Part shown: positions 17,803 to 27,031 of the stretch, one piece after another
Position numbering within the stretch: the stretch's first letter is position 1
How the letters are laid out: each line of letters begins with the position of its first letter
IMG/VR virus record: IMGVR_UViG_3300018057_000010
Location: 1 to 64,000 of that record
Origin: a virus
DNA: 64,000 nucleotides
Strand: one strand, 5' to 3'
The notes under the pieces: generated by a model
The model's database searches: none
What the model was told of the DNA's origin: nothing
What the model saw: only the letters and a program-made list of their open reading frames with translations
Position numbers and translations under genes: made by a program

Positions 17803-18315
17803 TCAGCTCTCTACATAGTTCACCTGAGAGGGGTCGGGAAGCGGGATCTTGTCCGGCGACGTCTCGATCCCCTGCGCCCTCAACTCATTCTCTAAGTCCA
17901 GCTTTGCCAAGTCGCTATCGCTTTGCGATAACAGTCCGGCATCTTCTGGCTTAGCATAGTCTTCCTCGTAGAAGTTCGGCGGCGCCGGTAGAGGCCCACC
18001 GCGAACAGCGAAGGCCGTTTCCGGATGTTCGGTCGGCGCCTGCACTACCAGCGCCGTGAATGTCTTGACCGCCGCCGCCATCGACTCTGTCGACGTTATC
18101 AGTCGCCGGTTCACCTGGACCATGGACGTCATCGACGACGATATCTGCGCAGCTCCTTCGAATACATTCGCTAATCGATCCATCCCGGAAACAACCAACT
18201 GCAATTGTTTATTGGTCGCCACAATCCATTTGGCGCTCCAGTAGATAAGAAAGCTCAAGGCCAGGATACAAGCTCCCATGATCCCGCCCACAAGGAGTTG
18301 ATCGAAGTTCGACAT
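17803..18315 (-). CDS. Membrane-anchored coiled-coil protein
   Basis: N-terminal TM helix, 170 aa. Confidence 0.6.
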   Translation of the reverse strand: MSNFDQLLVGGIMGACILALSFLIYWSAKWIVATNKQLQLVVSGMDRLANVFEGAAQISSSMTSMVQVNRRLITSTESMAAAVKTFTALVVQAPTEHPETAFAVRGGPLPAPPNFYEEDYAKPEDAGLLSQSDSDLAKLDLENELRAQGIETSPDKIPLPDPSQVNYVES

Positions 18316-18316
18316 T

Positions 18317-18532
18317 CTATTTCACTCTTGTCGCCATGCCGGTAAGTCGTTGATCGTGATGAATCTGGTAACTGCAACCCGTCTTTTCATTGCTGCAGGT
18401 ATACACAATCTGATGCAGCTTTCCATTTGGCCCCTTCTCCTGGGTTACCGTCATCTTCTCCCCGCACATGGAGCAGTACGCATCGGGAGCCATAATAGGA
18501 TTAAGTTCCGGTAGCATTGTTCTTCCTTTCAA
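18317..18532 (-). CDS. Small Zn-ribbon protein
   Basis: CxxC...CxxxxxC. Confidence 0.55.
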   Translation of the reverse strand: MKGRTMLPELNPIMAPDAYCSMCGEKMTVTQEKGPNGKLHQIVYTCSNEKTGCSYQIHHDQRLTGMATRVK

Positions 18533-18692
18533 TGTTCGTAACCTTGATATCTCGGCTTAACAGGAGCACTCTCCGGGTCTTGCTTTGCAGCTCTCCGCAT
18601 CGCTCTACTGGCAAGCTTTTTAAGGAAGACGCTGCATCCCGAACGGCGCTTCCTCCACATCGTTTCTCGTTGCTCGACTCTACGGTATTTCA

Positions 18693-18908
18693 TTAGATCT
18701 TCTTCTTGTGGAAAAAATCTGCTTCCGTGCAGGTCGTCCAATGAGGTATGGCCTTGTCGCTCCCACGGCCCATTGGATTTATCGGGATGCTCTTACCTTT
18801 CGGGGTGCGATACCATTCAATCGCTTCGCCGCAACCCTTGCATTCGGCGTCGTCGATGAAGACGTACCCCATTGCTTTCAAATCGTCGGATGTCTTTGGA
18901 AATGCCAT
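18693..18908 (-). CDS. Small Zn-binding phage protein
   Basis: CKGCGEAIEWYRTPKGK..P...HWTTC pattern. Confidence 0.65.
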   Translation of the reverse strand: MAFPKTSDDLKAMGYVFIDDAECKGCGEAIEWYRTPKGKSIPINPMGRGSDKAIPHWTTCTEADFFHKKKI

Positions 18909-18929
18909 GGCTAAAAATAGTAATCCGGT

Positions 18930-19475
18930 CTATCGTACTTTGTCGGCTCTTCCGGATCGTAGACTTTTTGTTTTTCCGGTTCCGCCGCACTTTCTTGTTT
19001 CAGAACAGGATCTTCGGGGGGGCGCCGATTGCGCCTCGGATGTTTTCTTTGTCCTGGCCGCAATCAACTCTTGCAGCCTCCGGTATCCAAGCGCAACAAG
19101 GCGATCGACCTTCGTTTGCGAGTCTCCTACGTGGATTCGTTCCTTCCCGATATTCAACGTCTGTCCGGCCAGGATCTCTCCCGACTCCATGCCGGGAAGA
19201 TTGACGTAGAGTGCGATGCTATATCCCTGTTCGTTTCTCGTCCAATAGATCCACTGCGCTACATAGGAAATATCCGACAAGGAATATTCGATAGTGGCAG
19301 GCGGCAAAAGCAAGGCGAGCTGTACTCCTTGAATGTCGCCCTTCCATCCAGTGAAGAAACAGGCGTTTTCTTTTTTCTCCGACCCTTCGCCAAGGAAGCG
19401 AATAAGAGTCCATGGATAGGCTGGCGCAAGCTCCTGGATATCCTTTTCGGCCAAGTCTACTGTCTTCCTTGCCAT
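18930..19475 (-). CDS. Hypothetical protein
   Basis: Start MARKTVD with GGGGAG SD. Confidence 0.6.
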   Translation of the reverse strand: MARKTVDLAEKDIQELAPAYPWTLIRFLGEGSEKKENACFFTGWKGDIQGVQLALLLPPATIEYSLSDISYVAQWIYWTRNEQGYSIALYVNLPGMESGEILAGQTLNIGKERIHVGDSQTKVDRLVALGYRRLQELIAARTKKTSEAQSAPPRRSCSETRKCGGTGKTKSLRSGRADKVR

Positions 19476-19477
19476 AT

Positions 19478-20020
19478 CTAACTCCCCGGAAGGTGCTTGA
19501 TTAGCAATTGCGCAATCGAATCGTCCTGCGATGGCCACGCTGCCCTGCGCGCCAGACCGAATCGTAGACCCTCCCTCTCTGCCGGGTTCTTGCCGATCCA
19601 ATCGCTATAGCTTCGATATTGCCGCTGTCTCCATGGGTTGAGTAACTTTGTCTCCGGGATATAATTCAATCCGGTTAGCGTAGCTGTTCCGAACTTACCA
19701 TCTACGGCGACAATACTTCCAACGGAACACATCGATTCCTGTAGTATGGTTACCGCTTCGTCGATCCCCTGGTTGATGCAGTCGTCTACCAACTTCGTTG
19801 CAAAAGTTTGGTTGACGATCTTATTGAAGAGCGGGCTCCAGAAAACCTCGCGGAAGATCTCGTCTGCCTCTTCTCTGGTTTGCGGTAACGGTTTCCCGAT
19901 AGACTTACAAAGGGCCGAACTAACTCCGAAGTTGGTTTCTCCTCCAGGATCTCCGGGGAGTTTCCCCTTCCCGCCCTCGTGCTCGTGAATGACCGGCAAT
20001 GCTGCTTCGAAGGTAGCCAT
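19478..20020 (-). CDS. Endolysin, glycoside hydrolase family 108
   Basis: HEGG...DPGGETNFGVS catalytic motif; VDGKFG..T peptidoglycan-binding motif. Confidence 0.9.
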   Translation of the reverse strand: MATFEAALPVIHEHEGGKGKLPGDPGGETNFGVSSALCKSIGKPLPQTREEADEIFREVFWSPLFNKIVNQTFATKLVDDCINQGIDEAVTILQESMCSVGSIVAVDGKFGTATLTGLNYIPETKLLNPWRQRQYRSYSDWIGKNPAEREGLRFGLARRAAWPSQDDSIAQLLIKHLPGS

Positions 20021-20437
20021 CTAACTCAACCTCACAGAACTTTGTACTAGGAGCTTCTTGAGTGGACCGGGAATATCTGCCTCGACGATTCGATTCCGCT
20101 GCGTATCCTGCTTCGACCACTCATCCGATTTCATCGTATGCAAGGCGCATGGACCGAAACGGCTGCAGCTGCAATCCTTATCCAGAAAGGTGTCCAGCCT
20201 CTCCTTCACCGCCGCTGTCCAGTCGAAGCCTGCCGGGTAATTCAACGGCAGATCGTAGGACGCGAAGTAGCTAGCGCCGTCGTCGCGAGTGGCATAGGCC
20301 TGCCCTGCGATAGCTACCAGCCCAACGCCGGGAATCACTCGCGGTTGCACCGTGTAGGCGATCTCAGTCCAGGAATGGGACTGCTCCGGAGTCTCGGCGT
20401 AGGATGGCCACCGCTCGATTCCATCTTCATCACTCAT
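20021..20437 (-). CDS. Hypothetical protein
   Basis: 138 aa; CxC..C..H. Confidence 0.6.
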   Translation of the reverse strand: MSDEDGIERWPSYAETPEQSHSWTEIAYTVQPRVIPGVGLVAIAGQAYATRDDGASYFASYDLPLNYPAGFDWTAAVKERLDTFLDKDCSCSRFGPCALHTMKSDEWSKQDTQRNRIVEADIPGPLKKLLVQSSVRLS

Positions 20438-20645
20438 CGATTTGTACCTCTAGGGAGTTTTTCTCGTGCTTGAAGGTCACAAATTCTCCCTCGCGAAGCC
20501 GGTAAACAAAAACTGTCTCGTCACCCAGATCTCCCACTAACGATCCGCCTTCGTGAAAGAAAAACGTGACATTCCCGTGGAATAACGTGGCGTTCCTGGC
20601 TCTTACTTGGCAGGATATGATCCTTGCACCCTCTTCCTTCTCCAT
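20430..20645 (-). CDS. Hypothetical protein
   Basis: 71 aa, SD. Confidence 0.55.
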   Translation of the reverse strand: MEKEEGARIISCQVRARNATLFHGNVTFFFHEGGSLVGDLGDETVFVYRLREGEFVTFKHEKNSLEVQIDE

Positions 20646-20656
20646 CGGCTCTCCTT

Positions 20657-21022
20657 TTAAAGAAGCCCCTCGCCACGCGTGAAATCGGGCAAAGGGTCAT
20701 TGTCGACACATACGAACAGATGCAAGCAGTTGGGATGAATGTTTACATGTTCCGACTTTGGCGGAATCACCTGGATAGCTTTGCGATCCTGTCCGAGAAA
20801 CAATTCCTTCATCTCCACTAATGTATCCCACGACGGCAATCTGTCTGGCGAAGCAACGGAGAAATGTATCCATCGCTTGCCGTCTTGCTCTGTGTCTCCG
20901 CTAACGATTACGCTAAGCCGCCGCATCCGATTCACGAACGATCTGCCGTCGTCGGTCTCTCCGGAAATCACCCAACCGTTAGGGAGTATCCAGGGAATAA
21001 CTTCGTCAACCCACTTTTGCAT
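20657..21022 (-). CDS. Conserved phage protein (HxSxS..PxW..K..F..VNIHPNCLHL family)
   Basis: Motif recognisable from many phages. Confidence 0.7.
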   Translation of the reverse strand: MQKWVDEVIPWILPNGWVISGETDDGRSFVNRMRRLSVIVSGDTEQDGKRWIHFSVASPDRLPSWDTLVEMKELFLGQDRKAIQVIPPKSEHVNIHPNCLHLFVCVDNDPLPDFTRGEGLL

Positions 21023-21278
21023 CTTCTGGAGTTCCTAAACAACTCTGCAGCGCTAACGATATTAGCTCAAAAGTGTCCCTCTTGTTACGGGGAAATCCAT
21101 AGACCGTCCCCTGCTTGACGATGGTTTCCTCGCCCGTGTCGGGATTCTTCTTGGCAAGAGTTACAAAATAGTTGGAAACCGGAGCCGACCCGGTAATGTT
21201 CACGATCTCGATAACGCCAATCGTCTGGCTGCGCTGAGCAATTCCACCCGGCCACACTTCCACCTTCGCCACAAGCAT
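21006..21278 (-). CDS. Hypothetical protein
   Basis: 90 aa; MLVAKVEVWPGG. Confidence 0.6.
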   Translation of the reverse strand: MLVAKVEVWPGGIAQRSQTIGVIEIVNITGSAPVSNYFVTLAKKNPDTGEETIVKQGTVYGFPRNKRDTFELISLALQSCLGTPEDAKVG

Positions 21279-21320
21279 GGATTCCCTTCCGCAGGGACTA
21301 ATGGTGGCTGGGGTCCAACA

Positions 21321-21785
21321 TCAATCCCGAGGAGGGTAGAGTAACACTTTTACGTCGGGGAGACTTTCGAAGGCTTGCCGGATAAGTGGCTCGACCTCTG
21401 ACCAGGAAAGCTGGCCGAATCCGCAGCCCAGCGCCGGGATGGCGATGGACTTTACCCGCAGGATGTGGAGCTTCGCGGTAAGGTCTTCTAATCCTTGAGA
21501 AATAAAGAGGAGTTCGCTGCGGTTTCTCCAATGCATCTTGGTTGGAAAGTTAAAAATAAACCTGGGATTGAACGTGTAGCTATTCAGATGCATGATGATT
21601 TCGCCGGGACGCATGATCCCGTTCCTGCAGGCAAGTTCGTACATTTTCTGGTTGCGCGGGAAGCGAACCTTGAATAGCAGCGCCAATCCCGCTCCGGAAA
21701 CTCCGACGCAGTTGACCGGGTTCACCAGAATCTCTGCGTTCGAATCGAAGATGTCGCCCTCGGCGATCGCAATCATCAGATCCAA
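21321..21785 (-). CDS. Macrodomain protein (DarG/Poa1p-like ADP-ribose hydrolase)
   Basis: GDIF, VNPVNCVGVSGAGLA, FNFPTKMHW, SIAIPALGCGFG motifs. Confidence 0.9.
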   Translation of the reverse strand: MDLMIAIAEGDIFDSNAEILVNPVNCVGVSGAGLALLFKVRFPRNQKMYELACRNGIMRPGEIIMHLNSYTFNPRFIFNFPTKMHWRNRSELLFISQGLEDLTAKLHILRVKSIAIPALGCGFGQLSWSEVEPLIRQAFESLPDVKVLLYPPRD

Positions 21786-21997
21786 CTTTCCACGATGCAG
21801 GGGTCGTCTTCGGGATTACGGGGCAGACAAACGACTCCGTAAGGTAGAAGCGCACGGGCCTGATTTATGGTGAGAGCCGTTCTGACCCAACGGCTTACCT
21901 GTACCGACCCCGGCATGATCTCCCAACGGCGTACGACAAACAGCCCTGGGTAATCTTTAGGATTCTCGTAGATGGTATATATCGCCAACTCGCTCAT
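21776..21997 (-). CDS. Hypothetical protein
   Basis: IYENPKDYP..VVRRW..DDPCIVESW phage family pattern. Confidence 0.6.
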   Translation of the reverse strand: MSELAIYTIYENPKDYPGLFVVRRWEIMPGSVQVSRWVRTALTINQARALLPYGVVCLPRNPEDDPCIVESWI

Positions 21998-22023
21998 CGA
22001 TTTATCCTCTTCGATCTTTAGCG

Positions 22024-22791
22024 TCACAACCATAGGTTGGGGCATACCTTCCTCGAAACGCCTCTGACCGCATTCGCAAGCAGCCTTCGCGTGGTAGTGT
22101 ATGATTTCCCGCTATGCGCGGCGATCCCGACTGGCTCTACGTTAACCGGAAACCTCATAGAGACTCTCGGTTTTTTCTGGTTGGCGAACGGGAGAACTTT
22201 GTCATAGAAGAGACCTTCCATATGCCCTGTCCCCATTTCTTTCCAGGATTCCTGCAGGTACGCAGCATAAAACCTGTGGGAGAACAGAATTAACTGGGTG
22301 CTCAAATACGGCTTGTCGTGCTTATGAAACAGGTCTCTCCACCCTCTGCCATCGGCCACAACGTCGAAATCGTCCTGACAGCGATCCAGCAATTTACCGA
22401 GCTTGGGAAATTGCAGCCTTCCGGTGACCTTGACAATATGATCGGTACATTGCCGCAACCGACTTGCTTTCAATCCAAAATCGATCATCTTGACTTCGGC
22501 ATATCCGTAATGGCCATTTGCGGGATAACTGTTGCAGTTCAAGCTTACAAATTCGAGATGCCTATCGTGAGCTGTTGCCATCGATCTCTCTTGTTGAAAA
22601 TCGGGGCCTAAAGGCCATCCGCTATTTTCGATGAACAAGATGCGAGACAGCCGAGGATCGCCGTTGCAAATCCACCACCTTAACGACTGTCTATATTCGG
22701 CCAATCTTTCTTTTGGATCGGCAATGGCTAACTTATAAGTTCCGGCAGATGGATCGACGCAAGCAGTTAAAACGAGTAGATATTTGTTCAA
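22024..22791 (-). CDS. Glycosyltransferase-like protein
   Basis: LLVLTAC, ILFIENSG, GYAE, IVKVTGR; resembles GT-A-like ORFs of polysaccharide loci. Confidence 0.5.
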   Translation of the reverse strand: MNKYLLVLTACVDPSAGTYKLAIADPKERLAEYRQSLRWWICNGDPRLSRILFIENSGWPLGPDFQQERSMATAHDRHLEFVSLNCNSYPANGHYGYAEVKMIDFGLKASRLRQCTDHIVKVTGRLQFPKLGKLLDRCQDDFDVVADGRGWRDLFHKHDKPYLSTQLILFSHRFYAAYLQESWKEMGTGHMEGLFYDKVLPFANQKKPRVSMRFPVNVEPVGIAAHSGKSYTTTRRLLANAVRGVSRKVCPNLWL

Positions 22792-23060
22792 TTTATCCTC
22801 GACCGAATAACACCGGCAACGGCCCTTATGATCGCCGCCTTATGTGGATTCTTGTTTGCGAATTCTGCGAACTCTCCTGGACGAAGAGTCCGCAGCGTTT
22901 CGTGCTCCTCGAAGACAAGGATCTCCGCGCAATAGCTACAGACGGTTACATCTCCTGGACGAGGGTGACCTATGCCGGTCACCGCCGTAGCTCCGTCCAG
23001 GATAGCCTTGCAGTTTGGGCAAAAAGGCTTAGAGTTCAGTCTGTAGTCGTGGCTCACCAT
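22788..23060 (-). CDS. Small Zn-binding protein
   Basis: CPNC..LDGAT..P.PGD..VCSYC. Confidence 0.6.
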   Translation of the reverse strand: MVSHDYRLNSKPFCPNCKAILDGATAVTGIGHPRPGDVTVCSYCAEILVFEEHETLRTLRPGEFAEFANKNPHKAAIIRAVAGVIRSRIN

Positions 23061-23236
23061 ATCACGGTAACTGCTTCCTGATGATGTGAAGTGGCCCGCC
23101 GCTGATCGTCTTGGGCACGCCTTTGCGATGCATCGCGACGATGTGGCAGCTGAGCCAACGCCATCTCCCCCACGGCGGAACGGTCCTCGGAGGCCGCTCC
23201 TCGCAATGCGGGCAGACGATGGCAAGACCCATGTAG

Positions 23237-24163
23237 TTACCGGCCCGCCGAGCGTGAAAGAAGTTCAGCGACTCGGAGGGTAAGCTCCTTGTAAGAGCAG
23301 TCGTGAGCCTTCGCGTATTGATCGATGATGGATTCGCACTTGGCGAATGCGAGGGTGATAGTGATTTGGGAGATGTCTTCTTCGTGTTCGTGGGAATCGG
23401 TGCTGGGGTTGTTGCCGCCATATTCTAGTTCTCCGTGAATGATCTTGACTGACTTCACTGTGATCGTTTGGTCTTCGTTCTGAACCAGCGCAGTCTGGGG
23501 CGACTGCCGTGTTAAGCCAAGTTTTTTCTCTTGAGCCTTTGCTTCTCTTGCTTCCCGGCGCACTGACCGCGCCCGAATCGAGGAAGCGGTCATGCCTTTG
23601 ACGCCGTGATCGTGGGATCGATGAATCCCCAACTGTCTGCGGTCAAGCATTTCGATGCCGCACTCGGGACAAACGAACTTACCGTTTCGTTTCGGTTTGA
23701 TCTTCATGGTAGAGATCGGCGTCGCAGCTGGGGCCTCGGGTAAGGCTGGCGCTGGGATCGGCTGCTCTGCAACAGCTTCTGTTTTTCTTTTTCTCATTGC
23801 CACCACCGAAGCGGAACTTCCGGCGACTCCATGTTGACGGCGATGAGAACCTAAGCCGGTTAGCTTTTCATAGGAACTCTCGATCCCTATCGCCAGACAT
23901 TCCGGACAGAGGTATTTCCCTTGTTTGTCGCGTTTGATTTCGGTAGAGATCTTCGTCGAATCTATCGCGTCCGATTCCTGGACTTTCGCTAGCTGTTCTC
24001 TTCGAGCCTTCGCGATTGCTCGTTGTTTCGCTGACTTGGAATGTCCCCTAATCCCATGAGCAGCCAGCTTGTGAATGCCAAGATGTTGTTTGTCCTTATA
24101 CTCGGCGCCGCACTTCTCGCATTTAAACTCTTGCGGCGTATCCCCTTGGGTTTTTGCGTTCAT
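23237..24163 (-). CDS. Protein with three C2H2-type zinc fingers
   Basis: CEKC-x12-H-x4-H, CPEC-x17-H-x3-H, CPEC-x12-H-x4-H. Confidence 0.8.
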   Translation of the reverse strand: MNAKTQGDTPQEFKCEKCGAEYKDKQHLGIHKLAAHGIRGHSKSAKQRAIAKARREQLAKVQESDAIDSTKISTEIKRDKQGKYLCPECLAIGIESSYEKLTGLGSHRRQHGVAGSSASVVAMRKRKTEAVAEQPIPAPALPEAPAATPISTMKIKPKRNGKFVCPECGIEMLDRRQLGIHRSHDHGVKGMTASSIRARSVRREAREAKAQEKKLGLTRQSPQTALVQNEDQTITVKSVKIIHGELEYGGNNPSTDSHEHEEDISQITITLAFAKCESIIDQYAKAHDCSYKELTLRVAELLSRSAGR

Positions 24164-24316
24164 TTGTTACCCTTCAACCTATGGCGATAAGTAAATTAGT
24201 GAATCTGTTGCCGTTTCTTGCGAACGTTTTAACAAATTGTGTAACAAAAATCTCCATTTTTCTATAGCTTAAAGAACAAAAAGTTGTCGAGGTTGATTCT
24301 TGCCGACTCGATCTCG

Positions 24317-24568
24317 TCAACCCGATATTACTCTCAAGCTCGTTTCGAAGATCAGATCGACATACTCTCCGGTTGCCGGATCTCCTAAGACCGGCAACAG
24401 GCCGACAATCAGACCGCTATCGAAACGAATGCCTTCCTCCCCGAGATCGAGCATCAGACTCTTCCGGTTTCCTGATTCGAAGAGAACTTTGGCCTTGTAC
24501 TCCCGGCCCGAGACTTCGATAGTGACGGCTCTCCTAGCTTTGGAGATCCGAAGCCTAGTCGTGGGCAT
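24317..24568 (-). CDS. Hypothetical protein
   Basis: Start MPTTRL. Confidence 0.5.
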   Translation of the reverse strand: MPTTRLRISKARRAVTIEVSGREYKAKVLFESGNRKSLMLDLGEEGIRFDSGLIVGLLPVLGDPATGEYVDLIFETSLRVISG

Positions 24569-24839
24569 CTGACTTAATCTCCCGGACATCGACGCGAGCC
24601 ATAAATTCCACAATATGCACCGTCTTGCCGGTCGCGCCCAGATAAGGCTGCAATCTTTCAGCTTCGGGTAGATAGATCCTCTTCCAGAGCCGTGGGTTGA
24701 CGGTGAGCATCGGTTGCATGCCCATTCCCGGCACCTTGAAGCCGACCACGCCTTCTTTGCCGTTCGCGTCGCGAGATAAGACTGCGTAGACCTTTTCGAT
24801 TCGGTCCAGCTCGTTTGGCGGATTGATGACTACATCCAT
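24555..24839 (-). CDS. Hypothetical protein
   Basis: GGAGG SD; SRD..GKEGV motif. Confidence 0.6.
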   Translation of the reverse strand: MDVVINPPNELDRIEKVYAVLSRDANGKEGVVGFKVPGMGMQPMLTVNPRLWKRIYLPEAERLQPYLGATGKTVHIVEFMARVDVREIKSDAHD

Positions 24840-25077
24840 GTATTCCTCCCTTGGATTTATTTCTCTTCGTCGAGAGCCTTGAAGAGTTTGTCGAAACACG
24901 ATTCACATATTCCGTTGATCAGGAGTTCGCGCTCCCCTGCGGTCAGCATGGGAAGAGCTTTCTGAATAAGCTCTCCATCCTCCCAGCGCTGATAGGCCTC
25001 GTCTGGAACGACGATCTCGAAGGTCTTCTTACATTGCCTGCATCGCGGAAACATCTGAGTAGTGCGCTCACGTCTTG

Positions 25078-25368
25078 TCATCTCAACTCCTGACCGCAGT
25101 CCCGGCAGTACCATGTCCCGCCCGTGAACCGCTTGCGGGTATGAGCGCAGCCCGCCTCTTGTCGATACGGCTCGTCGCCGTAATACTGTTGCCGTATCCG
25201 ATGCTCGAAGCGAGCGAAGGACCAAACCGGCGTGACGTTTCGGATCATGGGATAGAACTCGCCATCGGAGTCATAAGCGATCTTGGCTCTCTCTTCCGGC
25301 GTGATGTGCCCAGGAGGAAGGACCTCCGTGGGTTCGAGCGGCTTCGATCCATCGCTCAGATGTTTCAT
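25078..25368 (-). CDS. Hypothetical protein with C-terminal Zn site
   Basis: CAH...CRDCG. Confidence 0.55.
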   Translation of the reverse strand: MKHLSDGSKPLEPTEVLPPGHITPEERAKIAYDSDGEFYPMIRNVTPVWSFARFEHRIRQQYYGDEPYRQEAGCAHTRKRFTGGTWYCRDCGQELR

Positions 25369-25562
25369 TTGCTCGAACGAGGACCTTGAACAATCACTCG
25401 TCCCTCCAAATAGACCTGCATGGCTTCGCGCCAGTAGTGACCGGCCGAGTGTCCACTGACCTTCGCCATCGCCGAAACTTGTTGCTTCATCCAGGCTGGC
25501 ACCCGAAGCGAGAGTTCGGTGAGTTGTAAGTTATTCGGGCGTTTTAGTTTCGTTCGCGCCAT
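25365..25562 (-). CDS. Ribbon-helix-helix (CopG-like) regulator
   Basis: LSLRVPAWMKQQVSAMAK..S.GHYWREAM. Confidence 0.65.
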   Translation of the reverse strand: MARTKLKRPNNLQLTELSLRVPAWMKQQVSAMAKVSGHSAGHYWREAMQVYLEGRVIVQGPRSSK

Positions 25563-25781
25563 TTGCTTCTTTCCCCTTTAACGATGGGAGTTCTTGTAGC
25601 TTTGCGAGAGCTCTTCTCATTCTCCACATCTTGATTCGCCAGCAAACTGGTTGCCATCTTCGCCAAATCCAAACTCTGAGAGATCCGGAATAGAGACTTC
25701 GCATCGCCTTCAATAGGAAGTTGTCCCAAGACTCAGCCTGATCGACCAGCTCTTTGAATCGCACTAAAGCCTCGACGGAGT

Positions 25782-26192
25782 CTATCTCCACCATCTCGAC
25801 GGTCCACTTGACATCTCTATCCAGCAGATCGAGTCGGTTGACGGGATTGGCGATTCTTCTTTCGTTGAAGCCAGGATGTTTTCGACCTCCTCGGCGAAAC
25901 ACACCTTGTCTCCGGCATGGCCGTAATCCCATCCGTACCAGTAATACCCCTCAGGCAGATAGCCATCGCCGCCAGGGGCGTCGTAGGTGAGTCCGCCATG
26001 CACCCGCACATCGATAGATTTGTACTTCCGCCAAGCCAGGGGATGATTGAGCGGGATTCCGAGATAGGCGCATAGGGCTGAACGCCCTCGAAGAATGGCA
26101 AAGCGAAACCCGTCCTGCGCAATATCGACGAAGATCGTCCCTGGCGTTGCGGCTCGAACCTCCTCCCAGGAGGCCTTATTTTCGATAGTCAT
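25782..26192 (-). CDS. Conserved phage protein
   Basis: CAYLGIP..HP, VHGGLTY, GWDYGHAGD motifs. Confidence 0.7.
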   Translation of the reverse strand: MTIENKASWEEVRAATPGTIFVDIAQDGFRFAILRGRSALCAYLGIPLNHPLAWRKYKSIDVRVHGGLTYDAPGGDGYLPEGYYWYGWDYGHAGDKVCFAEEVENILASTKEESPIPSTDSICWIEMSSGPSRWWR

Positions 26193-26355
26193 TTCTCTCC
26201 CTCGGAATCGTTCGATTTCGCCCACAAATATCCAGCCCATAGCGCGAGTCCTATGATGACAGCGCCATTGCCCCATGGAGGATGTGGCTGACAGCCGAAC
26301 CCGAAGGCGAGGACAATACATATCGCGCCTTCAATGCGTTTCCGCTGTTTCAAAC

Positions 26356-26622
26356 TCATTGGCTGCATCTCGTTTTGAAGTAATCGCCCATCCACTCCAT
26401 GTCCCATTTCTTCCCGCAGCTGCAGTCGACATGGACAACGCTTCCGGCTTTCTCGGGAACTTCGGCCACGATCTGATTGCCGCAATAGCAGACATAGCGC
26501 AGCGCGGTCTTGTCTTTGGTTTCTGCCCTAGATATCGGAGCGCCTAAGCCAGCCACTGCGCCGACTACGGACCCGGCTCCGAGAAACTTGAAGAATCCCC
26601 TTCTCGTTGTTTGTCTGCTCAC
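26356..26622 (-). CDS. Twin-arginine (Tat) exported small metal-binding protein
   Basis: GTG start after AAGGGGG; TRRGFFK plus h-region; CYC...CSC. Confidence 0.65.
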   Translation of the reverse strand: MSRQTTRRGFFKFLGAGSVVGAVAGLGAPISRAETKDKTALRYVCYCGNQIVAEVPEKAGSVVHVDCSCGKKWDMEWMGDYFKTRCSQ

Positions 26623-26627
26623 AAGTG

Positions 26628-26855
26628 TTACCCCCTTCGTTTCGGTTCGTTGTTTCGATCTCCGATAGGCATCCAACCGACGATCAGTCCTTCCATCGGA
26701 ACGTCTTTGATGTCGTTCACCCACTCTCGAACGACATCGCTTTGGAGCAATTCCATGACCGCTGTATCGGGCCAAGCGAAGATCCCGCGATCCCGCAAAA
26801 ACTTGACTAGCATCCGGCCTGCTTTGGTGGCTTCGTCCAGATTTACATCGGGCAT
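26628..26855 (-). CDS. Hypothetical protein
   Basis: AAGGAGG SD, start MPDVNL. Confidence 0.6.
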   Translation of the reverse strand: MPDVNLDEATKAGRMLVKFLRDRGIFAWPDTAVMELLQSDVVREWVNDIKDVPMEGLIVGWMPIGDRNNEPKRRG

Positions 26856-27031
26856 TCTATGCCTCCTTCCGTTGTTCTTTGGGTAATGTGTACGGCACAA
26901 ATCCAGGAATGTCGCCGTTGATCTTGTTCAGCAACTTAAGAATCTCTCCTGCGAAGACCCGGTCGTTACAATGGAGAACAGCCGTTGCGGACGCCAATCC
27001 CAGTGCGATGTTAAGCGTATTCCATTCAAGA

